From Chiloscyllium plagiosum (taxonomy: Eukaryota), in contig NC_057756.1 in NCBI RefSeq assembly GCF_004010195.1, positions 8,666,221 to 8,710,975 on the forward strand: 44,755 bases of DNA. Reading direction: 5' to 3'. Every line of letters begins with the position of its first letter. Within the stretch, counting starts at the first letter, position 1. The position numbers were made by a program, and so were the translations under genes. The notes below the pieces were generated by a model that saw only the letters and a list, made by a program, of their open reading frames with translations, searched no databases and was not told the origin of the DNA. Of this stretch, positions 34,001 to 41,115 are shown piece after piece.

Positions 34001-35600
34001 CGCAGGTCACTGGAAGCAACTCTGCTCCACCAGAGAGACTCTGTGCAGACACTGCAGAGACGAGACAACATCACGCCGGTCACTGATGCAGACGGTAAGG
34101 TGGGGGGGGGGGGGTGAAGAGTCCACTGTGAGGCTAACAGAGGGGGAGGGGAGACACATTGTGGGATAACCTCATCACAACCCAGAGACACTGTTATAAC
34201 GCTGCTGGAACTGTGAAATATTTGAGGATTAAAGAGAGATTCCCATTCCTGGCTCAGGTCACTTGAAACCACAAATGCAATGAAGGGCCTTTTTTAGAAT
34301 TAAGCTCACACTTTAATGAAGGAAACACAAGCAGCCATTTTACATACAGCAAGATCCCACATGCAGCATGAAGCACAGCCACACCATCCGTCAGTTTAAG
34401 TTCTCACCTTGCGACAGCGCGGCGCTCCCTCGGCGCTGAGCCTCTGTCGGCGCGGCGCTCCCTCGGCGCTGAGCCTCTGTCGGCGCGGCGCTCCCTCGGC
34501 GCTGAGCCGAGTAACTTATGTCTCTTTCTGCTCTTCCCTTCCCAGCTCTGATTGAGCGCATCCTCTTGCAGAGCTCTGAATGTGACCAGAATACCATTTC
34601 AAACATTCACAAACTCTTGAATCAGTGCATTCAAGCCACTGAGTTTACCACTGAACTGAGGAACGATGTCCAGGACTGGTAAGTGACCTGATGTACCTGA
34701 TACCTGCTGATGATGTTACTCGGTAACGTAGTGGCCTGTGGTTGGTTAGCTCAGTTGGCTGGATGGCTGATTCATGATAGAGTAACGCCAACAGCATGGA
34801 TTAAATTCCTGCATCAGCTCAGGTTACCATGAAGAACTCTCCTTCTCAATCTCTCCACCCTGCTGAGGCGTGGTGACCCTCGGGTTAAACCACCTGCAGT
34901 CATCCCTCTCTAATGTGACAGCAGCCCCATGGGCTGATAAGATGATGCAGACTTTACCTTTATCGAGTCCCAGTCCAGGGCTAGATGGCCAACAAGGGTT
35001 TGTGTGGGTGAGCCAACTAAACAGGTTGGTCCCAGCCCTGTATATCCCTGCCCTTCCTAGGAGCAGGAGCGAGCCCTGATCTGCTGTGCGATGGGGAGAA
35101 TGAAATTGGAGCTTTTGCTGGCTGCCACATGCTGATAAAATGTGCCAGTCACCACGAGAATACGGACAGCCTGTTGAGGGCTAAGGCTAGGGAGAGGGCG
35201 GGTCAGCTGGTTTGCTTCCAATCAGAACTGGCAGCATGGGTTCCGATGCCCTTTCCTATTGAGATGTCATTGGGAGGGCAGGGGGTATTCGAGGTGGGAG
35301 GTTTGACCCCCACTATAACTAAACTCCAGCTGAAATTGGAGAACGGGTGGGCTGGGCAACATTTGATTTCACTGTGGGGGTCAGTCAGTGAGAGGCTGTG
35401 GTTGGGCAGGGATCAAGGACACCGTGTATTTGACTGTGTGTGTGTGTGTTTCCAGGTGGGAGCAGCCGGCCCAGTTTCTCGTTCCCTGGGTTAAGCAGCA
35501 CGGACACAATGTGCAAGGCTGGATTCACAAGTGGAGCGAGCTGGTCCACAGGGGCCTGATGCAAGCGTGGGGAGACCCTACTGTGAGGAAGCCCTGCTGA
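9999..35600 (+). CDS. HAUS5: HAUS augmin-like complex subunit 5, full spliced CDS (19 coding exons, 2001 nt, 666 aa)
   Basis: Exons joined by hand give an open frame from [18 protein letters not shown] to [12 protein letters not shown]...KPC*. Motifs match recalled human HAUS5: LCxGQxxDIW, IKGNLEW, GLEPEVL, SYQQWL, HPPx[20 protein letters not shown]. All intron phases are compatible. Confidence 0.93.
10617..10820 (-). mobile_element. CR1 3' tail fragment
   Basis: gtcatagagtcatagag terminal repeat and gacccttcggtccaac. Confidence 0.8.
10885..11097. mobile_element. Old inverted terminal-repeat pair, Penelope-like
   Basis: ctggacagactcagcaggtgtgccag is the inverse of tctgccagacctgctgagtttctccag. 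Confidence 0.5.
11265..11327 (+). CDS. HAUS5: HAUS5 coding exon 2
   Basis: cttccag|...|gtaagt; [20 protein letters not shown]. Confidence 0.92.
11924..11956 (+). CDS. HAUS5: HAUS5 coding exon 3
   Basis: cttacag|...|gtatcctt; [11 protein letters not shown]. Confidence 0.9.
11957..12397 (+). other. U12-type (minor spliceosome) GT-AG intron
   Basis: 5' site GTATCCTTT matches the U12 consensus. Branch site TTCCTTGAC at 12378-12386 lies about 11 nt before the AG, with no long polypyrimidine tract. Confidence 0.88.
12398..12422 (+). CDS. HAUS5: HAUS5 coding exon 4 (25-nt micro-exon)
   Basis: gcttag|GAACCGGTGGGTAAAAGGCTCTGAG|gtaagt; bridges phase 2 to phase 0 (W-NRWVKGSE). Confidence 0.85.
12500..12688 (-). 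repeat. Copies of the roughly 67-bp intronic satellite
   Basis: Reverse complement of the unit found at 19195-20830. Confidence 0.7.
12822..12942 (+). CDS. HAUS5: HAUS5 coding exon 5
   Basis: ctcccag|...|gtgagc; [40 protein letters not shown]. Confidence 0.9.
13015..13680 (-). mobile_element. CR1 3' fragment
   Basis: Complementary to the CR1 at 13770-14605; includes ttccaaaagtggcctaacc (LVRPLLEY). Confidence 0.85.
13770..14605 (+). mobile_element. CR1 LINE RT and 3' end (N gap at 14371-14415; 39-bp tandem duplication at about 13804-13881)
   Basis: [30 protein letters not shown]; tail ctctatgactcta. Confidence 0.9.
15257..15416 (+). CDS. HAUS5: HAUS5 coding exon 6
   Basis: atgcag|...|gtgagg; [52 protein letters not shown]. 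Confidence 0.88.
15566..15647 (+). CDS. HAUS5: HAUS5 coding exon 7
   Basis: tttcag|...|gtgagt; [27 protein letters not shown]. Confidence 0.92.
16122..16782 (-). mobile_element. CR1 3' fragment
   Basis: [13 protein letters not shown]; tail cccttcggtccaac. Confidence 0.85.
17232..17552. mobile_element. Penelope-like inverted terminal-repeat pair (family C) with two decayed hammerhead cores and a 15-bp TSD
   Basis: TSD agggtgagtttataa at 17217-17231 and 17553-17567; + core agctCTGATGA...GAAATGTTagtt at 17457-17495; - core at about 17327-17360. Confidence 0.8.
18260..18345 (+). CDS. HAUS5: HAUS5 coding exon 8
   Basis: ccctcag|...|gtaggt; [28 protein letters not shown]. Confidence 0.9.
18585..18780 (+). 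repeat. G-rich CpG-containing degenerate tandem repeat (gagatggggacgg)
   Basis: Multiple GGGG runs in HAUS5 intron sequence. Confidence 0.75.
18826..18883 (+). CDS. HAUS5: HAUS5 coding exon 9
   Basis: tcacag|...|gtgagt; [19 protein letters not shown]. Confidence 0.92.
19032..19159 (+). CDS. HAUS5: HAUS5 coding exon 10
   Basis: gtgcag|...|gtaatc; [42 protein letters not shown]. Confidence 0.92.
19268..19662 (-). mobile_element. Penelope-like element 3' end
   Basis: Reverse strand encodes [13 protein letters not shown] followed by a pyrimidine-rich UTR and terminal repeat. Confidence 0.7.
20419..20591. mobile_element. Penelope-like inverted terminal-repeat pair (family A) with 15-bp TSD
   Basis: TSD aagtgt(g/t)tgtggggt at 20404-20418 and 20592-20606; arms at about 20419-20465 (-) and 20466-20590 (+). 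Confidence 0.85.
20982..21060 (+). CDS. HAUS5: HAUS5 coding exon 11
   Basis: ttgcag|...|gtttgt; [26 protein letters not shown]. Confidence 0.88.
21610..22135 (+). mobile_element. CR1/L2-group LINE 3' fragment
   Basis: Complementary to 5100-5600; tail aataaatgctg. Confidence 0.75.
22275..22698 (-). mobile_element. CR1/L2-group LINE 3' tail
   Basis: ccagcatttattgctcatccctaattg; similar to 5110-5450. Confidence 0.65.
23489..23618 (-). mobile_element. Short Penelope-like insertion (family A) in CR1, with hammerhead core at 23589-23616
   Basis: Reverse strand reads ttcCTGATGAagggcttttgtccGAAATGTC; short actt duplication at the junctions. Confidence 0.8.
25052..25182 (-). mobile_element. Short Penelope-like insertion (family A) in CR1
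   Basis: atttc duplicated at both junctions; same sequence family as 23489-23618. Confidence 0.8.
25153..25180 (-). ncRNA. Minimal hammerhead ribozyme motif with intact core
   Basis: Reverse strand reads CTGATGA-a-GGGC-tttt-GCCC-GAAACGTC. Confidence 0.65.
25665..25822 (+). CDS. HAUS5: HAUS5 coding exon 12
   Basis: cggcag|...|gtcaga; [52 protein letters not shown]. Confidence 0.88.
25867..26028 (+). mobile_element. tRNA-derived SINE
   Basis: A-box-like tagctcagttgg and B-box-like gtttcaattcc; same family as 34735-34960. Confidence 0.7.
26029..27580 (-). mobile_element. CR1 LINE RT and 3' fragment
   Basis: [24 protein letters not shown]1 3' tail near 26030-26110. Confidence 0.88.
27787..27949 (+). 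CDS. HAUS5: HAUS5 coding exon 13
   Basis: gtgacag|...|gtaagt; [54 protein letters not shown]. Confidence 0.9.
28702..28782 (+). CDS. HAUS5: HAUS5 coding exon 14
   Basis: tttacag|...|gtcagt; [27 protein letters not shown]. Confidence 0.93.
28838..31880 (+). mobile_element. Near full-length degenerate CR1 LINE (end of esterase-type ORF1, then ORF2 endonuclease and RT)
   Basis: ORF1 [19 protein letters not shown]; endonuclease [46 protein letters not shown]; tail ttctatgttct; many stops and frameshifts. Confidence 0.93.
32130..32275 (+). CDS. HAUS5: HAUS5 coding exon 15
   Basis: ttgtag|...|gtgagt; [48 protein letters not shown]. Confidence 0.88.
32482..32728 (+). repeat. 33-bp GC-rich minisatellite (about 7 copies)
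   Basis: Unit gccgcactgtcggagggtcagtgctgagggagg; 11-aa periodicity in the spurious ORFs. Confidence 0.92.
33164..33275 (+). CDS. HAUS5: HAUS5 coding exon 16
   Basis: cttcag|...|gtaatg; [37 protein letters not shown]. Confidence 0.9.
33956..34094 (+). CDS. HAUS5: HAUS5 coding exon 17
   Basis: ccccag|...|gtaagg; [46 protein letters not shown]. Confidence 0.9.
34412..34508 (-). repeat. 33-bp minisatellite variant (about 3 copies)
   Basis: gcgcggcgctccctcggcgctgagcctctgtcg repeated. Confidence 0.85.
34546..34678 (+). CDS. HAUS5: HAUS5 coding exon 18
   Basis: tcccag|...|gtaagt; [44 protein letters not shown]. Confidence 0.9.
34735..34960 (+). mobile_element. tRNA-derived SINE
   Basis: ggttagctcagttggctggatggctg...aattcctgc; similar to 25867-26028. 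Confidence 0.7.
35456..35600 (+). CDS. HAUS5: HAUS5 coding exon 19 (last, with TGA stop)
   Basis: ttccag|[60 protein letters not shown]. Confidence 0.93.
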
Positions 35601-35823
35601 AGGGATGGTGCCAAACCCCCTGAGTGACCCATGCCCCATTCAACTAATCCTGAAGTGGACCAAAGCATCTAGGCTCTCCTACCCCGTCTGCTCCCGGATT
35701 TCCAAGTCTCAGCTGCTGTGTCGAACAGACAAAATCATCTTGTGACTGATCTGACTTGGACCACCTGTACTCACTCGGAGGATATCTGATCAGCTAACTG
35801 CATGAATTTGGTTTTAGATTGGA

Positions 35824-35829
35824 AATAAA
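35824..35829 (+). terminator. HAUS5 polyadenylation signal
   Basis: First AATAAA, about 225 nt after the stop codon. Confidence 0.7.
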
Positions 35830-36097
35830 GGCAATGATTTGGAGCATAGTTTCCTGAATGACATTGATCACTTCCTGTTTACGCAACTGTATCTGTGGGG
35901 CGGTGAGTACATGTTAAACCATGGGGATACCTTATTGTAGATCTAGGGGCTAGGCCAACCCGTTTCGGAATGTGTCAGTGGGAGTCTCACAGGTGTCGGA
36001 GAACACAACACGGTCACGTCTTTGGTAGCATTTGGAGCGAAAGGTCCAGGCTGAGGTGCACACTAGCCATCTCAGTGCATTTCACATTGCAGAGGAA

Positions 36098-36548
36098 GTG
36101 CCGCACTGTCGGAGGGTCAGTGCTGAGGGAGCGCCGCACTGTCGGAGGGTCAGTGCTGAGGGAGCACCGCACTGTCTGAGGGTCAGTGCTGAGGGAGTGC
36201 CGCACTGTCGGAGGGTCAGTGCCGAGGGAGCGCCGTGCTGTCGGAGGGTCAGTGCCCAGGGAGCGCCGCACTGTCGTAGGGTCAGTGTCGAGGGAGCGCC
36301 GTGCTGTCGGAGGGTTAGTGATGAGGGAGGATCGCACTGTCGGAGGGTCAGTGCTGAGGGAGCACCGCACTGTCGTAGGGTCAGTGCCGAGGGAGCGCCG
36401 TGCTGTCGGAGAGTCAGTGCTGAGGGAGGGTCGCACTGTCGGAGGGTCAGTGCTGAGGGAGCGCCGTGCTGTCGGAGGGTTAGTGCTGAGGGAGGATCGC
36501 ACTGTCGGAGGGTCAGTGCTGAGGGAGCCTGCACTGCTGGAGGGTCAA
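36098..36548 (+). repeat. 33-bp GC-rich minisatellite (about 13-14 copies)
   Basis: Tandem gccgcactgtcggagggtcagtgctgagggagc. Confidence 0.95.
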
Positions 36549-36619
36549 TGGTAATATATTTCAAAGTCAGGATTGTGAGGTCCTCTGTGGGAAAGTGCTG
36601 ATGGTGGTGTTCCCATGTA

Positions 36620-36794
36620 CAGAGGGACCTCGATTATCCAAAAGACACGGACGGGTATATTTCATTCAGTTTGATTTGAATTTTCTATAATCGAATGTCA
36701 GATAACATAGTTTAGCAGAGCATCTGGGCCTTGTAATCTTGCTGGATAATCCAATATTTGGATAATTAAATGCTGGATAATTGAGGTTCCTCTG
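36620..36794. mobile_element. MITE, Tc1/mariner-pogo (Tigger-like) type
   Basis: 21-bp TIRs cagagg(g/a)acctc(g/a)attatcca; TA duplication at 36618-36619 and 36795-36796; inserted in a LINE tail (cccatg-TA-tctgctgc). Confidence 0.88.
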
Positions 36795-37096
36795 TATCTG
36801 CTGCCCTCCTTGATGGAAGTGGTTGTGAGTTTGGAAGGTGCAGTCTGAGGAGCTTTTGGAGAGTTGCTGCAGTACATTCCCCCCCCCCCCCCCCCTCTCC
36901 CTGTACCCCCCGCCAGCCCTCCAAACCCTCCATGTTTTAACCCGAGTGACCATCATCCTCGGCCTTTCTGATTTAAAGGTTTTAGCTTGATAGGTACTGT
37001 TTGGGTGACTCCAGGCTCCCTCACCTTTCATTGAGCACACCTCTTTGTTTCCCTGAGAACATTCCCGTCAACCCTCGAGCAAGTAGGTCAATCAGA

Positions 37097-37186
37097 TAAG
37101 TACTAGTAACCAAGAGCAGTGAGGTTTCCAGTCACAGGGTTGTAGGTGTGTACTTTGTTTCCAGTAACTAAGTCGTAGATGTTACT
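37097..37186 (-). pseudogene. Second, more decayed C1q-like fragment
   Basis: Minus-strand translation NIYDLVTGNKVHTYNPVTGNLTALGY*YL resembles the C1q segment IFDxVxxNxGxxYNPxTGxFTA; in-frame stop. Confidence 0.45.
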
Positions 37187-37514
37187 ACATGACTTCAATA
37201 GTTGCTCAATCACTGACAGCAGCTGGCCTCCGTACCCTCGATAGCAAATTGTGGGATTACATCACCCTCAGAGTGCCACGCTGCAAGAACAATTGATCTA
37301 AATCTGCACACTTTTTAACACATACAATAATAAGCTTCAAATGCCATGTTAATTCAGTCTAAACTGAAAAAAAATCATGGATTCATTAACTGAGACTAAA
37401 TTTATGCTTGTGACTGGTTGCAATGTTAATGCAGTGATTTTGTTAATTATTACAGTGAATACAATGTACATATGGACTGAAAGTGATCAGGTTCAAGTGA
37501 AATATAACCATCCA

Positions 37515-37915
37515 TGTGGGGAGAGGGGGATTAAAATGGGCGAGATAATTAAGGGTGCTGGGAGTGGGGGTGGGAGTGGAATTAGACTGGTGGGATATTA
37601 AAGGATGCTGGGAGAGTGGGATTAGACTGAATAGGGGATTAAAGGTTGTGGGGAGTGAGGTTAGTTTGAGTAGGATATTTATGGGTGTAGGGAAGTGAAT
37701 GGGCGTATGAGATTTAACTGGGAGGGATTAAAGGGTACAGGGTGTGAGGGGGAGAGTGGGATTAGACTGGGTGGGATATTATAGGGTGAGGGGAGAGTGG
37801 GATTGAAGGCTGTTGGTGGTGTATTTGAGACTCAGATTAGTGTGGGTGGGATACTTAAGGGTTCAGGGAAGTGAAGGGGAATCTGGGATGAGACTGGGTG
37901 GGATACTGGGGAGTG
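37515..37915 (+). repeat. G-rich degenerate tandem repeat (gagtgggattagactgggtgggatatta)
   Basis: Several diverged copies. Confidence 0.75.
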
Positions 37916-37970
37916 AGGAAGAGGAGGTGGTGGTTGAAATTGGCCAAAGCCTAAATCAGCCCGTTCCTCC

Positions 37971-38358
37971 TCAGTGCAGAGGGACTCCCTGGGAATTTGA
38001 AGCGTCCATTCCACTCCATGCTGAACCACACTCGAGCTGCACCGAGACTTGGTCGCCCTTGAGGGCAGTATGACAGGTATGGTCACTGTCTGAACTGCAC
38101 CTGATGGCAGGATACTGAGAGTGTAACTCTGGGGAACAGTATTCTTCATCAGATACATGACAGTATCCTTGGCACCTATCCCCAGCAGCCGAGTGTAGGT
38201 AAAGGAGTAGATGTCACCATTGACGACAGTGAAGTCCCCAGTCAAAGGTCGAGAGGCACATCCTTTGTTCACAATGACCAAATTGTAGATAAGGTTTTGT
38301 TTCCCTTTTGGGTTCACTTTATCAGACACCTTGGCGTGGAAAATCAAGCCTGGTGCAT
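37971..38358 (-). pseudogene. C1q (globular head) domain exon with a frameshift; C1q/cerebellin-like pseudogene
   Basis: Acceptor ttccag|; APGLIFHAKVSD...LIYNLVIVNKGCASRPLTGDFTVVNGDIYSFTYT...YLMKN...VIL, then a frameshift near 38063 into LKGDQVSVQLECGSAWSG...QGVPLH*. This follows the C1q motif order (F-x-A, N-x-G, TGxFT, YxF, LxKN, GDxVxV). Confidence 0.72.
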
Positions 38359-38464
38359 CTGGAAATGAAAGTTACGAGGGCGCGAGAGACGAAGAAGAAC
38401 ACAAGCTACAATTATAGCAACGACCTGCACTCCCTTAGCCCCTGTATTGGCATGATCCGGCCCC

Positions 38465-38790
38465 AGGCAGTGGATGTGCCAATCCAGCAGGCTGTTTTGT
38501 CCTGGATGATGTAAAGCTGCTTGAGTGTTGTTGGAGCTGCACCCATGGTGTACATGCTTTGGGGAGTCAGGTGGGGAGTTACTTTCTGCAGGATTCCTAA
38601 CATCTGACCTGCTCTTGTAGTTAGACCTGACCTGTGTCTATGTGACTGGTCCAGTTCAGTGACCGGTCAGTGGTACCACTCAGGAATCAGTGATGGTGAT
38701 CCTATTGAACTTCAAGGGATGATAGTTAGATTCTGTCTTGCTGGAGATGATCATTGCTTGGCATTTGTGAGGCACGGTATTAATTCACCA
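38465..38790 (-). mobile_element. CR1/L2-group LINE fragment
   Basis: AAPTTLKQLYIIQDKTACWIGT; collinear with 1650-2030. Confidence 0.7.
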
Positions 38791-39144
38791 TATTCTCCAA
38801 ACTAAGATCATAGTTTGTTGGACAGCAGAGATGCAGTTGTCTGATTGACCTTTTGGAGGTTTGGGCAACCAACATGGCCGACCACAACACCAGTTTTAGG
38901 TCACTTGCAGCAAGCTCACAAGACCCTCCAAACCAGGAGCTGAGGGTGCACTGCATCAATCACATTGTCTCTCCCAAAGATCACACTCTCTGGTTCCGAA
39001 GAGCTAATCATTCAAAACCAGCCCTCCTGGGAGTGATATGTTGCTCGTAGAACTGCAAAGCGACAGCTCTACCGGGAGACTCGAATTTGACAGGACATTC
39101 CCAGGAGGACGGCGGACTTTTCCAGGATGTCTTCCCAGCAGAGG

Positions 39145-39645
39145 GGACGCTATGGTGTGCAGTTCTGGAGTCTACATCATCGGATGGAGGTGATTGCACT
39201 GGGCAGGGTGCAGAGGAGAATTTACCAAGATGTTACCTGGGGCTGGAGAGTTTCCTTTTTAAAGAGAGATGGGACAGACTGCAGTTATTTTCCTTGGAGC
39301 AGAGGAGTTTGAGATGTATAGTATCTGGGCTGGAAATGGCTCGAAACAATTCCCCCTTGGTGGAGGGATCAGTGACTGGAGCAGTTGGGGGTGGGGGGGA
39401 CATAAATTTAAGGGAATGGGCAGGAGGCTTAGAGAGGAGGTGAGATAAAGCGTTGTCATGCAGAGGCTGGTGGAAATCTGGAACTTGGTGCTTGTTAGGG
39501 TTAATAAGAGGTAGAAACGCGCAACTTTTAATAAATAATGAGATGTGCACCTATCGCGCCCAGGCGTAGAAGGCTAAGGGTCAAATGCTGGAAATGGGAT
39601 TAATCCAGAGAGGCTGTTTTTCCAGACCAACGTAGACTGGCCCTG
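39145..39645 (+). mobile_element. Old CR1 3' fragment
   Basis: GVQFWSLHHRMEVIALGRVQRR. Confidence 0.75.
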
Positions 39646-39849
39646 ACTCTAAGCCAACCAGCTCTTGGGAATCACTGGTTAGTGACTGAGTAAAAATGAA
39701 GAAAGTCACTGACAAATGACAGTGAAAGAGAGGAGGGTTATAAAGGCCAGATCTGGAAAATTTCAGTACATCTTTGCAGCGTTGGCACCTGTTTTCCCAA
39801 ATCCTCAACTTGAGCGCTCAGTGCATCCACCTTTTTACTTTTATTAATG

Positions 39850-39944
39850 ATCCCTGATGAAGAAAGAGCTGGTGCCTGAAGCCTTGACCCTCCTGCTCAT
39901 GGATGCTGCCTGACCTGCTGTGCTTTTGCAGCACCGCACTCTCG
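39850..39944 (+). mobile_element. Short Penelope-like insertion (family A) with decayed hammerhead core and 13-bp TSD
   Basis: TSD acttttattaatg at 39837-39849 and 39945-39957; begins atccCTGATGA. Confidence 0.8.
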
Positions 39945-40054
39945 ACTTTTATTAATGGCATCATTAGTATCGTGGACAGGTATCTGAGACTGTTTCCAAA
40001 CGAAGCCTGTGGGTCCTGTACAGGAGATGCACGGACAGAAAGAGGACCCTTGGC

Positions 40055-40153
40055 AGCAGTGCAGCACTCCCTCTGCGCTGACCCTCCGACAGTGCGGCGC
40101 CCCCTCTGCGCTGACCCTCCGACAGTGCGGCGCTCCCTCTGCGCTGACCCTCC
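40055..40153 (-). repeat. 33-bp minisatellite (about 3 copies)
   Basis: gcgctgaccctccgacagtgcggcgc repeated. Confidence 0.88.
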
Positions 40154-40352
40154 CTCTGTGCTGCAAAATGCACTCAGCTCACTGCTTGCTTGCAGCTGAA
40201 TCCTGTCCTCTCCACATCTTTTAGCAAATGACTTTATCAAATCCAGATTCTGATATTGATCCCTGACATTCTTACATAAGTCACTGCCAATGACTGCCAC
40301 TGTCCATGCTGCCATTCCCAAACATCTGTCTGTCTCTCCCTTCCTCAGTGAA

Positions 40353-40552
40353 TGACTTGGAGATGCCGGTGTTGGACTGAGGTGTACAAAGTTAAAAATC
40401 GCACAACACCAGGCTATAGTCCAACAGATTTAAGTGAAAGCACTAGCTTTCGGAGCGCCGCTGACAACCACCTGATGAAGGAGCAGCGCTCCCAAAGCTA
40501 GTGCTTCCAGTTAAACTTGTTGGACTATATCCTAGTGTTGTGTAATTTTTAA
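40353..40552. mobile_element. Penelope-like inverted terminal-repeat pair (family B) with hammerhead motif and 13-bp TSD
   Basis: TSD cttcctcagtgaa at 40340-40352 and 40553-40565; + arm aaccacCTGATGAaggagcagcgctccCAAAGCTAgtgctt; - arm keeps GAAAGCTAGTG. Confidence 0.85.
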
Positions 40553-40771
40553 CTTCCTCAGTGAAGGTTGTAGTTCAGGAAGTGGGCATCGGAATGGATT
40601 CACAACACAAATGGATCTGTAACAATCTCAGAGTCCAATTGGAACATGGTTTCTGAGCAGCACTGCACTGAGCTCACCTTCTGTCCATCAGTTCAACTTG
40701 ACCCATTCCACTCCTCCACCTTTCCTCTGTTGCTCAGAAAAGAATTGTTCTTCTCCTGCTGATCCAGTTGG

Positions 40772-41115
40772 GCTAGTCAGGCTAGGAACAGAGAGCGAGT
40801 GCAGCTGAACATGTGGCTTCAGATATATGAATCATTCGGATACTTTCTGGGAAGGTGGGACCTGTACTAGGAGGATGGGTTGCATCTGAACTGGAGGGCC
40901 ACCAATATCCTGGGTGGGAGGTTTGCTGGAGCACTTTGGGAGGGTTTAGTTTGGCATGGAGATGGGAACCGGAGCTACGGATCAGAGGCTGGTGAATGGG
41001 CAGATACAGCGTGCAGAGAGTCTGTGAGGAAGCATAGACAGTTGATAGGGCAAAGTTGAAGTCACTGTGATGGGTTGAAGTTGTCTATTTTAACGCAAGA
41101 AGTGTCAGGACTAAG
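40772..41115 (+). mobile_element. CR1 ORF1/ORF2 junction fragment
   Basis: Similar to 28840-29195 (GRWDLY, LHLNWRGTNIL). Confidence 0.8.

Noticed and set aside
36098..36548. Regular 33-bp repeats resembling a CRISPR array
   Set aside because: Units are head-to-tail with no unique spacers, there are no cas genes, and the context is vertebrate; this is a minisatellite.
36014..36601. Long overlapping ORFs (122-189 aa) in several frames, also at 32464-32791
   Set aside because: Artefact of a stop-poor 33-bp unit; no splice or homology support.
37832..37970. C-terminal part of the 171-aa ORF as real protein
   Set aside because: It is read-through after the frameshift; the C1q motifs continue in another frame that ends at 37971.
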